Positions 41,301 to 56,470 of a DNA stretch of 64,000 bases are shown piece by piece. This DNA is from the human T2T-CHM13v2.0 reference genome, Homo sapiens. Position numbers and translations under genes: made by a program. Each line of letters starts with the position of its first letter. The stretch's first letter is position 1. The stretch lies in NCBI RefSeq assembly GCF_009914755.1, contig NC_060931.1; one strand, given 5' to 3'. Under the pieces are notes generated by a model. It made no database searches, was not told the origin of the DNA, and was given only the letters and a program-made list of their open reading frames with translations.

Positions 41301-42393
41301 AGTATTGATTGGCTTGCTTGATTAGTTGGTTAATTGAATATCACTGCTTTCTAATATAATTAAAACAAGATAAATACTGGGGCTTTGTCCCGTAAGCAAG
41401 TGCCATTAGTGATCATGGTACACACCGTGATTAAAAATGCAATCGACTGGGAGGGTTATTTATGAACTTGCCAGCCTCTAGTGCCACTCCATGGTTTGCA
41501 GGGCCTTGAGATACAACGTGGCTGGCATAGAGCTCCCTAACCTGTCATGACTGTGCTGGTCTCTTAAGAAAGGAACTTATTTCACAGGGGAATGCATGCA
41601 GGTAAAACTATTTTATGCTTGCCCCTAGCTCCCTTGCTTTAAAGTATCAGACAGTGAAACTACAGCACCATGGAAATACCATGCATGACAGTTTCCTCCT
41701 TTGCCTCACTTTCCTCATTCCCAAATATAAGACTGGCTTTCTGCCCACTCTGTGCAATTCTTTATTTTACCCTCATCCAGTTTCACCATGAGTTTGAAAT
41801 TTTGTTTGGATCACTGGTCTGCTCATGAGACACTTATGAAAAATTACCTGAAGCAAGGCTAGTTGGAGTGTGGCTGGCGGGAGGGTCATGGGTCTTATTT
41901 ACATAGGAGCAGAGGGGATCACCCCACAGGCTGCTAAGAGAGAGAGCTAAATGCTTCATGTGAACAGCGTAGGTGCCTATGGACTAATCTACTCCCACAT
42001 GACATCTCAGACTGCTGGTGCCTCCAGGAGGAGGAAGGCTGCCAGGCTTCCTGGATGACAGATCTCAGCCCCCTTTTCTTGGATAGCATCTGTTGCTTCC
42101 TCAGTTGACCAAGGAATGTTTGTGGCATGTCAACTGCTGGCCTTCCTGGTGAATGTGTGGTGTGGGGAAGGAGTATCATGTCACCTTTTCCTGAGTCCCA
42201 CTTATTGATGTTTCAGCTGTCCCTGTTTTGAGCAAGGGGACACGGTAGCACTTCATTTAGGGCTGGTGAAAGTCTCAGTTGGCAAGGCACTTGGAATACC
42301 TCCAAAAGTGGGGGCTATGTAAAAACAAAGTATTATTATTCTATTAGCTTGTGGTCTTAATATTTGGAATGTGTCCACATGACACTGGACACA

Positions 42394-42689
42394 TGCGTCC
42401 TCCCCCACCTCTGGCTCTCCACATTGGGTCCCTCAACCTTTGCAGCTGCCCCAGTACTTGTGGCAGCTCTGCTCCTTCCCCTTCTTCCGTGTCCGTGGGA
42501 CATGTCAGATTTGGGTGTATGAGAGCAAGGAAGGCCATTTGAATGTAGGTGTATTCATTAAGGGAATGATAAAATAATAGTACACTGCCTGTTTTCTAGC
42601 TTACTATTTTTGAATAGACTATTTTTTAGAGCAGTTTTAGGTTCACAGCAAATTTGAGCAGAAAGAGGTCCTATAGACCCCCTGCCTCC
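42394..42689 (-). repeat. Inverted duplication arm B
   Basis: Reverse complement aligns end to end with 34296-34590. Confidence 0.97.
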
Positions 42690-44249
42690 CCCGCCCCCAC
42701 CATCTGCCCTCCCATGACGACAGCCTTCTCCACAGCTCCACCAGACCGGTGAGCAAACATTACAGACCAGATGAGAGTGAAAGGATGCTGCTCATGATGC
42801 CTAGAGTGGCATGGGACACCACATCAGCTCTCTTCAGAACTGGGTAGTGTTTTGATGACAGGTTAGGCATGTCTGAAAGAGCCAGCAGGATCTGAAGGTG
42901 CAGATGCAATCCTACTGTAGAAATAACAAAAAGCTGACCCACTGGTGGGACTCTGACACATTAATTTTTTTTCTGCCAAAAAAAGATCTTTTTTTTTTTC
43001 TGCCAACTGTTGCCCTTCCAAAAACATATCCCTCTGCAGGTTTTATTTTATTTTTGTCTTTTTCTGGGAATGTGGCTTCATTTTGTTGTCCTTTTCCCTG
43101 AGTGGCTGCCAGGTTTGGATGAACAGGAACACGCTGCTGGGATGTCTGATATTGCTATTGCTAGAGAGAAGAGAAAGGAATGAGGCAAATAGGGAGTCCT
43201 GCAGAGGGGAGAGGGAGCTGTCCCTAGTACATTATGGGAAGTCAGTGCTGAGGCCCCTACTTTTAATGGGAAATCACAAAGAAACGTGCTTGAGGGATTG
43301 ACAGGAATAATAAAAAACACCAGCATGCTCAGAATCCATTCCGTTCACCCTCAGGTTTCTAAGAACTAAACTCATCGTCCTAAATGCTTACTTGGAGAGA
43401 AACCACTATACGTAAAGAGACATGTATATATGAAGAAACAAGGACATAGCCCTACCTACAGTTTTATTTTTATTTTGCCATAAAATAAATGCTTATTAAT
43501 TTCCATACCACGTATGGAGAGAGCTGCCACATGTGAATTTCTTTTAGCAATAATTGCCGTGCCTGTGACTCCTTAAGTTATATATACCGCGGGAATAGTT
43601 TCCAAATAAGAACCCAGAGAGAGGGAGAGATTCACAGACAATAGCTTAAAAAGTCTAGAAATTATAGACCGATTGAGGTCAGCAAGAAACAAATTATTCA
43701 ATATATCCCCTGAGGGCTAGAGCCAGACTTTCCCCTATGATTCCAAAATTACTTCGCAGTTTCATTAGGGTGAAAGGCAGTGCAGTCTCATGAGTTCAGA
43801 AAGTAAAGGTTGTTCCTTAAAATTTAGATAGACTTGACAACCACTTAGGATGGCATTTTGGCATTCTGTCCCTGCTCATCAAAGAAGTTGCTCAAATTTG
43901 TGGGATAGAGGAATGAGAGCAAGAAGTATTTTAATTGCAATACCTTATGTTGTATATATGTAATACCTCTATGAAAATTCAGGAAATCAGTACTGCTAAT
44001 AAACCTGATGTACAGGCAGAATCATTTACAATGCGGAGGAGCTGTCCTCAAGTTCTGGTGCTGAAATACAGAACCAAAGAATTTTATCATTTAAAGTGCC
44101 TACACAATATGAATGAATGTTTTCTCCTGGCTCGAGTAGAGTTGCTGCTCAACCATCTATGACCAATATAAAGCTAAAAGAGTACTTGTTCCATCAATAG
44201 AGAATTATAGAAAAATGTTTTTTGAAACTTTTCAATGCAGTGGAGATGA

Positions 44250-44642
44250 GTAGTACTCACTTACATCTGGTTCTTATTTTTTTCTGAGACACATAGAAAT
44301 GGAGCTTCCCTACCCCCTTGCAGTTATGTGAGGCCATATGACTATCTAGTGGAATGTAAGTGAAAGTGAAATGTATAACTGCTGCACCAAAAGACTGAAG
44401 TCACTGTGTGACCATTCAGCTCTTTTCCCCCCACAGCAACAATAATATTGACCACGTTTGAGACAGAAGAGCCACAAGAGGGAATTAGCCTAAATTCCTA
44501 AGCGCCCACCTGGAAAGGATCCTCCTTGGAAGATCTGTCAGATCCATAGTAAACTTTGAATGAAAGAGAAATAAAATGTTATGTGTTAAAGTTCCTGAAT
44601 TTTTGAAGCTTATCCTATTCTATCCTATCTCATCTTAATATA
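44250..44642 (+). mobile_element. Old MaLR LTR (MLT1 family)
   Basis: cccttgcagttatgtgaggccatatgact...gaatgtaagtgaaagtga...gagaaataaaatgttatgtgttaaag resembles MLT1 LTRs. Confidence 0.7.
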
Positions 44643-45799
44643 CTAAGTTATTCATCTGGATGTCTAAAAACCATGACCATCACAATAAAACCTTACACTG
44701 CTATCAAAGTAATCAAATAAATAGATAGGGAAACAAGGAACTTTAGTCACTTAGGAAAAAAAAAAAAAAAAAGAAACATACCTGACAATGTCCCCTCCCT
44801 CCACCCCAGTGGTTACTGGTACCTAGCTTTATTTGGGAAAGCAACAAAGGAAATATTTCCAGAGGCTGAGGCACCTCTTTGGTATAGAAGTCCATTTCTG
44901 CACTGCCTTTTAAAATGGTCAAATAATCCATGTTGAATTTCTGATAATCAGAGTTCTATGTATAAAGAAGCCAAGGTCAACACCACTGCCATGAAATGAT
45001 GGATGTAACTATCAAGCAGAGGTCAAAGAGGATCAGAATTCAACAGAGACCATGGGATGTGGTCAACAGGAGGTCACAGGCTACCTTTTTAAAAGAGTAG
45101 CTTCATTGGAAAAACCAGATTACAGAGGGTTGGGGAAAGAGTTAGAGGTGAAAAAATGAAAGTAGAAACTCTAAACTACAGGCTCAAATTACGTGGTGGT
45201 AAAAGGAAAGAAAGAAAACTGTAGTTTAAAAGAGAAAAATAAAACTTGAGTTTGAAGGTAGAGGTGAAAAAACAGATGATAGGAAGAAATGCAAGATTTT
45301 GAAAATTTGGACAGAAAGTCCCATGTATGATTGAAGGAAGGAGGGATCAGAGCACAGGGGGAAGACACTTGTTACCAGGAGGAGAAACACATGAGGGTTT
45401 AGGTAGGTTTTTCTTCTGCATTTCTCACTTGAGTCAGTGCATCAACATACAACTAACTTCTAATGGCCAAGAACTCCAGGAATCATCGCAAACATGTTTT
45501 ATGTCCTTCAGTCTTCCCTGCATTCTGTTATCATCAGTGCTATTTAACCTCCTCAATATCTCTTAACCTATACCTTTGTCTGCATTTCTACAGCCTTAAA
45601 TCAGGACATTAATTTTGATGGAGCTATTCAAATCATAGCTTTACAAGTACATTACAAACTTCTCAGTTTCTCATCTGTAAAATGGAAACAAAAACAACTA
45701 ATTTTTTTAAGCACTGCTGTGAAGATTAAATTAAATAAGCCCCTGGCAGTGGATCACAAAAACTTCTTGCTTGGTATCCCTAGCCCTGGATTTCCTAGT

Positions 45800-46420
45800 T
45801 TTTATTTATTCACTATTTTGTCACCAGAATGATCTGTTTGATCTGTTTGACAATCAAGTCTTGCATAGTTTCATTCCTGCCTAAATCAAGTCAGTTGGTC
45901 TCTTTCATTTATAGAGTAAAATCCAGGGGTTCTTTTAGTATGATACTAGGATACAGTATGATACAATTGTTGCCCAACTCTTCAGTCTTCACCAATCTCT
46001 CATCTTAACTTATGTCCCAGCAACATTACACTTCTTATAGCTTCCCTTAAGACACAGTAATGTTTCAAAGTTTCCTATGACTTTGTAATGCTGTTCCTTC
46101 TGCTGAAATGTCCATTTTCTCTCTGGTTTTCTCAGCAAAATCCTATTCATCCTTGAAACCCAGCTCATATTTGGCCTCCTTAAGAACGTTCTTCATCGCT
46201 CGTTCTCCATGTTACCTCTCCATAATGTATTCACTTCGGTTGTCACACTTAACTCATTATATTGTCATTTATGTCTTTGCATGTCAGCTTTCAATAATCA
46301 TGAATGCTTTGAAGGGCAGGCTGTGTTTTATTTAACTCTGTAACTCTCTTTCCTAAAGCCATATCTACTACCTGGTAGGTATTCATCAAATGTTTGACAA
46401 ATGAATAATTGAACAAATGC
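45800..46420 (+). mobile_element. L2 LINE 3' fragment
   Basis: gctgttccttctgctgaaatg...tcctattcatccttgaaacccagctc...gaagggcagg...aaatgtttgacaaatgaat, typical of L2 3' ends. Confidence 0.7.
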
Positions 46421-46648
46421 ATTTGCCTGTATGGAGCAATCATAAAACGGTCATGAAGATGATCCCTACATAGCCCTCATCTTCATGGAGCAGATGTCAT
46501 CCACTCTGAGTGATGTCTGTGTTTCTGGAATTGTTGAAAGTGGAAGCATTGGAACCTAACGTTGGGGGAAAATATAATACACTAAGCTCACACTGGAAAC
46601 TCTTTGTTTGGAACTGAAACCCTTTAATTCATGCCTCATTGGTTTTCA

Positions 46649-46700
46649 ACACACACACACACACACGCACACACACACACACGCACGCACACGCACACAC
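46649..46700. repeat. (CA)n microsatellite with CG interruptions
   Basis: Read directly from the sequence. Confidence 0.96.
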
Positions 46701-47169
46701 CTCCCATCACTTTGTCTCCAGAATCATATTATAGGCTATCTCAACCTTGAGAATTGCACCCAGCTTTGCTGACTGACCTCAACTATGTACTGCTCAACTT
46801 TTCTTCTGACCTTGATTCTAGAATATAAGGGAAGCTATATTGATGAACAGCAAGATCCTCACTTAGTTATCTGCTGGGGTAGTATTATGCTGCATGGTAA
46901 TTCCGCTTAGAGGCAAAGAGGAGAGGGGAGGTAGATCAGGGAAGCTGATGGCCATAGTGTTGACTGAGAACCTAGGACTCCCTACTTGAGTTTCCTCTCC
47001 ATAGCCACAACTTGCTATGAGACTTCAGCTTGTTTCCCCCCATTTATAAAATGGAGAGAACTCTGTAACACCAGCTCTCATCTATCTACAAAAATAAAAA
47101 ATGGAAAGAGACAGCCTCCAGCTTTTAAAGTACTGAAGGGGCGTTAAGCAGCAACTAAAGTCCAGAAGT

Positions 47170-47600
47170 CTCACTTGAGGAAATGAGAACTTATGCTCAT
47201 GTAAAAACCTGGGTGAGAGTGTTTATAGGAGCTTTATTTATAATTTGAACTGGAAACAGCTCAAATGTCATTCAGTTGGTGAATGGGTACACTGAGGTTC
47301 ACCCATGCCATAGAATACTATTCAGCAGTAAAAAAAAAAAGGGGGCAACAACATGGATAAAGGTTAAAAGCACCGTGTTGAGTGAAAGAAGCCAATACAA
47401 AAGAGTATGTATTGTATAATTCCATTTCTAGGAAATTCTAGAAAAGGCAAAAATATGGTGACAGAATACAGGTCAGTGATTTCCAGGTGCTGGAGACAGG
47501 GAGAGAAGACTGACAGCAAAGGGTCATAAAAGAATTGTGGAGAGTGATGGCAATGTTTATATCATAAGTGTAGTGGTAATTACGCTAATATGTATATATA
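47170..47600 (+). mobile_element. Old L1M fragment
   Basis: gtttataggagctttatttataat...tggaaacagctcaaatgtc...gaaagaagccaatacaaaagagtatgtattgtataattccattt. Confidence 0.8.
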
Positions 47601-47619
47601 TATATATATGTATATATTT

Positions 47620-48790
<1,171 letters not shown>

Positions 48791-49214
48791 AAACCAGACA
48801 CTTAAAATTGGTGATCAGAGGCACATTATACCTCAGTAAAGCTGGCAAAAGACTGAAACCAAAAACCACCCAAACATTGCCAGGATCATGTTACACTAAG
48901 CACTCTATAACTATTAGCTCTCATACTGTTGCTGTTTTATCACAGAGAAATGCCAGTCCCAGAAACAAACAAAGGGGCAAGGGACCTCTCCTTTTGCATG
49001 CCTCCCTGATTGCTGCTATTGTGGATGGATTCGATGGAAATGAGTCGCCAGCACCTGGGTCTAGCACTCCTCTAGCTCTACTGGAGTGATTCCAGGGTTG
49101 TCACCCCCATGCATGTGACATGTGACTCTCATGCACATCAGCATGGGCTTTCTTTTGCTCCCATTTTCCCTCTCTGCAGTGACTATATTTTGTTATTTGC
49201 ATATACCAAGTGCA

Positions 49215-49530
49215 TCTTGCTTCCGAGTCTTTTCCATTGCTGTTCCCTCTGTCTAGAGTGTTCTCCTTGAAGACATCTGGTGGCCAGCTCTCATTTCATT
49301 TATGCAGAAAGAGCTTCCTGGGCCACCTAGTGTGAACTGGCCCCTCCCTGCAACCCTTAGTCCCAGTTTCTCTCTATCATGTGACTGTGTTATTCCATTA
49401 TAGCACTTATTGCTGGAAGAAGCTGTCTTGGTTATTTATTCTCTGCTGTGTTTATTGTCTATCCCTGGTCCCCTCCAGAATGTAAGCTACGTAAATGCAT
49501 GAGCATAGCCTGTTTGGTCCACTGCTGCCT
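49215..49530 (+). mobile_element. L2 fragment
   Basis: ttgctgttccctctgtctagagtgttct...atagcacttat...ccagaatgtaagct. Confidence 0.65.
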
Positions 49531-51082
49531 CTCCACTCTGTCAAAGGAATATGAGTGGGGACTTTCTAAAATTGTTCACACCCCCAGAAGAGTTTTCCTA
49601 CCACCTTCCTTCTCATTCTCTCTCCTCTTTTCTTCTCTTTCAGCTCTCTGACTCCTCCTGCTTCCAACACACACCCATTGAGATGGAAAATAAAGTATAG
49701 CATATCATTAGTGGAATCACAAGCAAACCCAGAGACTTCCTCCTACTCCCACCCTTTTCTGCAATGACCCCCCCTTCCCCACCCTTTCCCTTGGCGCCCT
49801 GCCTGTTGTTGATGGGTGCCTGCAGGAGGAGTGCCCAGAAAGCAGGGCTCTCCCTGAGTCGTCCCTAAGCAGCTTATTCATGAACTGCATGTAAGTTAAT
49901 AGAAAAGGTTTCCCCAGAAATCTGCAGGTTTCTTGCCGTTCCCACTCTTCCCCTTTGCCCTGTTACAATCTGGTTAGCCCTGTTATTATTATTTCTGTGG
50001 AATGGCATATATCCGTGCCATTAACTCTACATATTTCTAGGGGAAAAAGGATGGAGAGGAAGAAAAGACTGATTATTTATCAAAGAAAAGACATTTTTTC
50101 CTCTCTCTAGACAGCCAGGTAGATTTTCTGAACTCATATCTGCCATGGAAATGGGGCTGCTGCTTCTGAAATGAGTCCTCTGTGTTGGGGGTGGGCTCTG
50201 TTTTTACGGCCAGTGGGTAATAGCATTTTCTGATTTATGAATTGGCATCTGGGGGAGGTGCTGAGCCCCTAGATGGATTCATCGTGGGGAGAACAGCCAT
50301 ATAAATACTCCTGTCACATAAAATTATTGTTCTCATTTTGATTTTTAAAGAATTTTTTCTTTTGCAAGATGGTGGGATTGAGAAGATATTAGTGAGGAAG
50401 CAGGAGAGGAAGGAGTCACTTGGCCCCTTTTTCTTAGAAGGCAAACATTTTTGTCTGGACATTCTCCAGAAACACGGGGTTGCTTAGAAGTCAATTACTA
50501 GAATGGTTTACTTATTCAGGGAATACTTGGCACTGTGGCTTAAGTGGGGGAAGCTGGATCTCAGGAGTTTGACCCAGGCTCCAATTGGGAATTTTTTTTA
50601 ACTGGTGAAGAAAGGGTCATTTCATGTAAGTTCCTCCCACCTTCCCTAAATCAGTGTGAAGATGCATTTAAATGCACCAGATGCTTATGGGTAGCTGCAC
50701 AGTACCAACCACCATGCAGGTCCTGTGAGGGCTGCAAGCCAATTATAAGCCCTGGTGTCTGCCCTGCAGGAGAGTGCAGTCTGGAGGATGAGTGTGAGGA
50801 TGACTCAGTATAGGACACAGGCTTTGAATCACGCACAGGATTCCCCTGGGGAGATGAGTCCTACGGTGTCCTGAACAGATGGCAGGAGGAAAGCAGAGGC
50901 TCAGGAGGGAGGACACACACCATGTGGCTGCCTAGAAAATGAGAAACTGTTGGCGGTTTATGCTTTGTGTTTCAGACACTTCTCTCCAATAAACCTGTAA
51001 ACTTTCTGAGGACGAGGACCTTGCCATAGACTTGTTTGGTTCTTACCCCTTTTCTTCCCTGACCTTGAGGCTTAACACCTAG

Positions 51083-51309
51083 CAGGGCAGGAGAAACCAC
51101 ACTGTTTTCTAAGAAAGGCCAGATAGCATATATATTTTAGACTTTGCAGAGGCCATATGGTCTCTGTCTCAACTATGCAACTCTGCTGTTGTGGCCAAAG
51201 CAACCGTAGACCACACATGTAAATGAATGGGTGTGACCAAGTTCCAATACAACTTTATTTCCAAAACCAGGTGGTTGATCAGATTGGGAATGTCGCTTGC
51301 CAGCCTCTC
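51083..51309 (+). mobile_element. hAT-Charlie MITE (MER58A-like)
   Basis: aaaggccagatagcatatattttagactttgc...aaatgaatgggtgtgaccaagttccaatacaactttattt matches recalled MER58A consensus. Confidence 0.85.
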
Positions 51310-52686
51310 TACTGGGTGAACAATAAGTGCCTGCTGAATTGAGTTAAAATGATGTCAATTAATAATAAGTGTACCTCACTTTTTAAAAATGTCAAATATG
51401 ACCTGACAAAGTATGCAAATGCAGAACATGTGAAAAGAGTTATTTTCTATGCAGAAAGTTCCTGTGGCCAAATAACATACAATCTGTTCTATGAACACAT
51501 GTCAAGAAATGGTCCCTTACATACAACCTGAATCTCAGAATTTTCTCCAGTGTGCAAGATATGGCACAGACACTATCTTTTTGCACGGCGCCAGGCTTCA
51601 GAGGGCAGTAAAAGGGAAAGAATCTCCCTTCTCATTTCATAGGCCTGAGGAGGAGCTGTGCCAGAGTCTGAGACTGGGAGGCAGACTCTTCTGGATGGGG
51701 GCAGCCCAGGCTGTTGGGCTGTCTCTAACCAGTATGTCTAACTATGGGAGGCTTCTGTTCATTTCTTTATTTCTTTGTTTTCAAGGCAGAATAAACTCCA
51801 AATTCCAAGGGTCAACTAAGCGCCTACCACCAGCCCATGCATGGCCACAAAAAGCCTTCGTGTCATCAGTCAATGCCAACTAGTTAATAATGACCAGCCT
51901 CTTCACTAATGGCCCGAGGCAGGGGTTCTCAGGGCAGCGAAGGCCCTGGGACAGAGACTTGCCAGCGGCTGCATGGGGAGAATGGTTTGCAAGAAGCATA
52001 TCTGCTGGCCACTATCAAGGGCATATCCACCCATGCTCAGCTCTTTAGAAAGATAGTAATTAGTTTTTTCCCCTTCGGTGCACACAGTGAATGCAGCAGA
52101 ATCTGGTATTTGGAGAACCATTGGAGTCTGTCCCTCTCATCTTGATTTGCCTGAGGTTTATGTCTATAACTAAGAAATATCAAGATTGCAAGGCAGTTCA
52201 GGGGATGTGTTTAGCTCCCAAGGAGAGAAAAGAAACTTTCACACGTCAGGGCTTCAGGCAAGGAGAGGCCACTGCAAAGGGAGGTTGATCGTGACTCGGC
52301 TGGCTCTGTACCACATTGTGTCTCTTGCAAACTGCAGGTGGTGATAACAATGACTGAATAGTAAGCTCCCAGAGGGTATAGAGCTTGTCTTGTGCTCTCT
52401 GGATGTTCCAGCATGAAGACATATGCACAAAGTTACAGGGAAAAGATTTCTAGACCTACAGAGTCCATTGTGGTCATCTGGAAAGTGCTTCCTGACTGGT
52501 GAGTGGTGCACACTGTGATGGGCCAAGGTGTGCCATTGGGGCAGCTGGAAGATACCTTGTTCCCTCTGGTCATTAGAGGACTTCCATCACTTGGGCTAGA
52601 CACACAAATACATTCATTTTCCATGTGTGCCTTAACATAGTGACAGGTTGGAAAGCATTGATCTGCTCTACACATGAGAAAATTAA

Positions 52687-52978
52687 GGCTGGGCATGGTG
52701 GCTCACACACTTTGGGATGCCAAGGTGGAAGGATCACTTGAGTTCAGGAGTTTGAGACCAGCCTGGGCAACATAGTGAGACCCTATTTCTACCAAAAATT
52801 TAAAACAAAAAATAGCCAGGCATGGTGGTATGCACCTGTAGTTCTCAGCTACTTGGCAGGCTGAGGTGGGAGGGTTGCTTGAGCCCGGTGGGGTTAAGGC
52901 TGCAGTGGGCCATGATCATACCATCGCACTCAGTCTGGGAGACAGAGTGAGACTCTGTCTCAGTGAAGAAAAAAAAGA
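52687..52978 (+). mobile_element. AluJ-like element
   Basis: Sense Alu consensus with TSD GAGAAAATT on both sides. Confidence 0.94.
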
Positions 52979-53256
52979 GAGAAAATTGAGACTTGGAAGT
53001 CAAGGTCTCACAAGTCAAGAACTTGAATCCAGTTAGCTTTACTCTATGTTTAATACTTCACCTGCTACTCCACTGCCACCCACAGTAAACTGTCAACAAA
53101 TAACTGTAGAAGGCAAGTTGTTGAGATAGAGAAATCACTTTAAAACTAGTGGACGGAGAGATGATGACATTAGCATGACTTGAGATGGGAGCCGGACGCC
53201 CAAAGCTGAAGTCAACATATTGCCAGTTTACACAAGGCATTCTTCCCTAGGTTAGT

Positions 53257-53509
53257 GACTTTCATTTTGACCATGACTCATGGCAAGAGATATGTTTTAC
53301 ATTGCAACTCAGGGCATACATACATGCCCATATATAGTTTCACAAATAGTAGTTATCCTTACTATGTTTGATGGCCACTATTCTATTCGACTTTATTCTA
53401 TTCCATTAAAAACAAATTCTGGTCATGACCCTTTAAATTGATTTCATGACCCACTAAATTGATTTCTCGACCCACTAATGTGTCATGACCAGCAGTTTGA
53501 AAAACACTG
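53257..53509 (+). mobile_element. hAT-Charlie-type MITE with an internal 21-bp tandem duplication (53434-53475)
   Basis: Terminus cagtttgaaaaacactg; taaattgatttc[at/tc]gacccac occurs twice. Confidence 0.65.
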
Positions 53510-55480
53510 GCTTGACCCTTTTCCAGCTCCCCCTCCCTCCTCAGAGGCTGGGAGAATGGAAGGTAAATGTGGAGAAAAAGAATGAGACAAGAGATCGAGA
53601 GATTGAGATAAAAATAAGGAAGAAGGTGGGAGAAACACAAAAAATAGTGGAAGGGATAAAGGAAAGAATGGAAATTAAATGAGAAGAAGGGAGAAATGAA
53701 TGAAAAATGGGAGACATAATGAGAAAAGGCAAACCCTACACTGACAGATTCATATCCGTGAAAACTGCTCTCAAGCTCCATAGTCATTCTGGCCATATTT
53801 ATACAAGAATCTTCCCTGCCAGCATTAATGGCCATAGCCTTGATAATGCTGTCTGCCTGTCTGGGGATTTCTTATCTGTCAGCACCATCTCAAATTCCTA
53901 TAGTGACTCTCAGAGAGAATCTTCCATCTGTTCTTCAGGAAAAGAACAGAAAAGACTAGAAGGCATTGGGTAAATTACCAAGGAATAGAAAGTGACCACA
54001 CCCACTTTACCCACTCCTTTGCACCGTGGGTTCTATAGACTTTGAGCTGAGTCTACACAACAAACTCTTGGTACAAAGGAAATTGTTTTAGAAGGTAACA
54101 GAAAAGTGAAATTCAGAGATTGAGGTAAAGTTAATTTATAAAGAAGCTGCAAGTTTACATACTCCAATAGCCAGAGGTCTCTAACTGATTTTGACTGCAC
54201 ACTTCATAGTAAAAAGTTCTTTGAGCATGCACCTACAATGCACATATATTTATTTATAAAAAATTTATTAATAAATAATATATATGTTCTGCTCATTAGC
54301 ATCATAGCACTATCAAACCTTTAGAAAATTAGGAAATGAAGTGAGATAAAGATAAAATAGCATCTTGTATTTGATTTTACAAATGAGTGATACAAAACAT
54401 TTTACTATCACCAAGAAAATTATTATAATGGTAAGAGTGATGTGCTAGAATTGGTTTTATTATTGTTTAATACATTCGTTTAGCACTTAGTGATACAAGG
54501 CTCTAAGGTCTAAGGTTCAATTTATTTCCATACTTTGTTTTAATGGCTGTCATAACTGAAAAGGACACCTCACATAGACGCAGAGATGCAAAAAAGTGCA
54601 TTGTTGGCTGTGCTGAATAAATCAAGATTTTTTTTTTCAGTCTCATGCACCAATTATGTGAAGACTGTTGTTGAAATTCAGCTAGTAGATTTCCATCTTC
54701 TCTGATGTCAATCAGCTCTTGGAACTAATCGGAGGGTGCTGAATTTTTATATTTTTTAACAAAGGGGTCAAAATTCCCTGAAACTCTTCATTTGGAAGAT
54801 TTTTAAGCAGGTAGAAGATTCTGTTTCCAAGTTTTAAAAGTTTTAAGATATGAATTTTTAAAGTGTCACATTTACTCATTATTGGCAACAAAATCACATA
54901 ATGATGAAAATATTTCCAAACATCTTTTCTCTCCCCAAATGATCTCCTCATGCCATAAATCCTTCTGAAAGTACTTACTTTCTTACCCATTGTGAATGTA
55001 TTACTTTTATATTGGAGGGAAAGATTAAGTGTTTATTTTTTCAAAGTTACCAGCAAAGTGGCATACTCTGACAGCTGCTTGTCAGAACTGAAAAGGTCAG
55101 CAAATGTGGAACATTTTGGTTCTTTTAAAAGAAAAATGATTAATTATGTTTCCATAAGCAGCAGACCTCTGTGTTGTACAAAAAATTTCCGTGGTCACTT
55201 GTACATCATTGCAAAGTATTATAAAGATTTTATTTAAAGGATTGTTTTTATAACATTGATAATATCTGTCACACATAAATTGCAAATTTGTTGTAGTATG
55301 TTGAAACTGACTCAGCCAGTGAGGATGCCAGTGTCAAGCCCTCCAAGATGTTGGGTTCCCAGCATCTCTGTGCCTCTCTAATGCATGAATGACTGATGCA
55401 TAGACCAAGGGAGGCAGACACTAGCTAGTATCAACACTATATTAAACACAAGTAAAACCAGATTTCTTGTTTTAAATAAA

Positions 55481-55960
<480 letters not shown>

Positions 55961-56175
55961 AGAAGCAGTAGTTCTAATAGTTTCTCCCCTTTCTTCATCG
56001 GAGAGTGTTCCTTCTTAGCAGCCCTTGGCATCAAAATGCATAACACTAAAGAGGCAAAAGGGAGCTCAGTGTTTTAGAGTTTGGTCTCTGGTATTCTGGA
56101 GCAAAACAGTAAATAAGTAGCCTCCCCTAGATTATTGTGAAGTTGGGGATATTGGGTCATCAGCATTCAACTTTA

Positions 56176-56470
56176 TTTTATTTATTTATTTTTTGAGATA
56201 GGGTTTTGCTCTGTTACCTAGGCTGGAGTGCAGTGGCACCATCACAGCTCACTGCAGCCTCGATCTCCTGGGCTCAAGTGATCCTCCCACCTCAGCCCCC
56301 CCCAAGTAACTGGGACCTACAGGCGCTCACCACCATACCCAGCTAATTTTTGTAGAGACAGGATTTCACCACGTTGCCCAGGCTGGCCTTGAACTCTTGG
56401 GTTCAAGCAATTCACTGGCCTCGGCCTCCGAGAATGCTAGGATTACAGGCATGAGCCACCGTGCCCAGCT
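56176..56470 (-). mobile_element. AluJ-like element
   Basis: TSD AGCAT[T/C]CAACTTTA at 56162-56175 and 56471-56484. Confidence 0.94.

Noticed and set aside
42394-42689. Arm B as an L1 3' transduction
   Set aside because: It has the L1-end-plus-flank layout, but no poly-A tail or TSD is visible, and ~9% divergence is far younger than L1MC activity. A DNA-level duplication fits better.
54170-55330. AT-rich block possibly derived from an old Charlie DNA transposon
   Set aside because: I could not identify termini or a transposase peptide with confidence; it needs a Dfam search.
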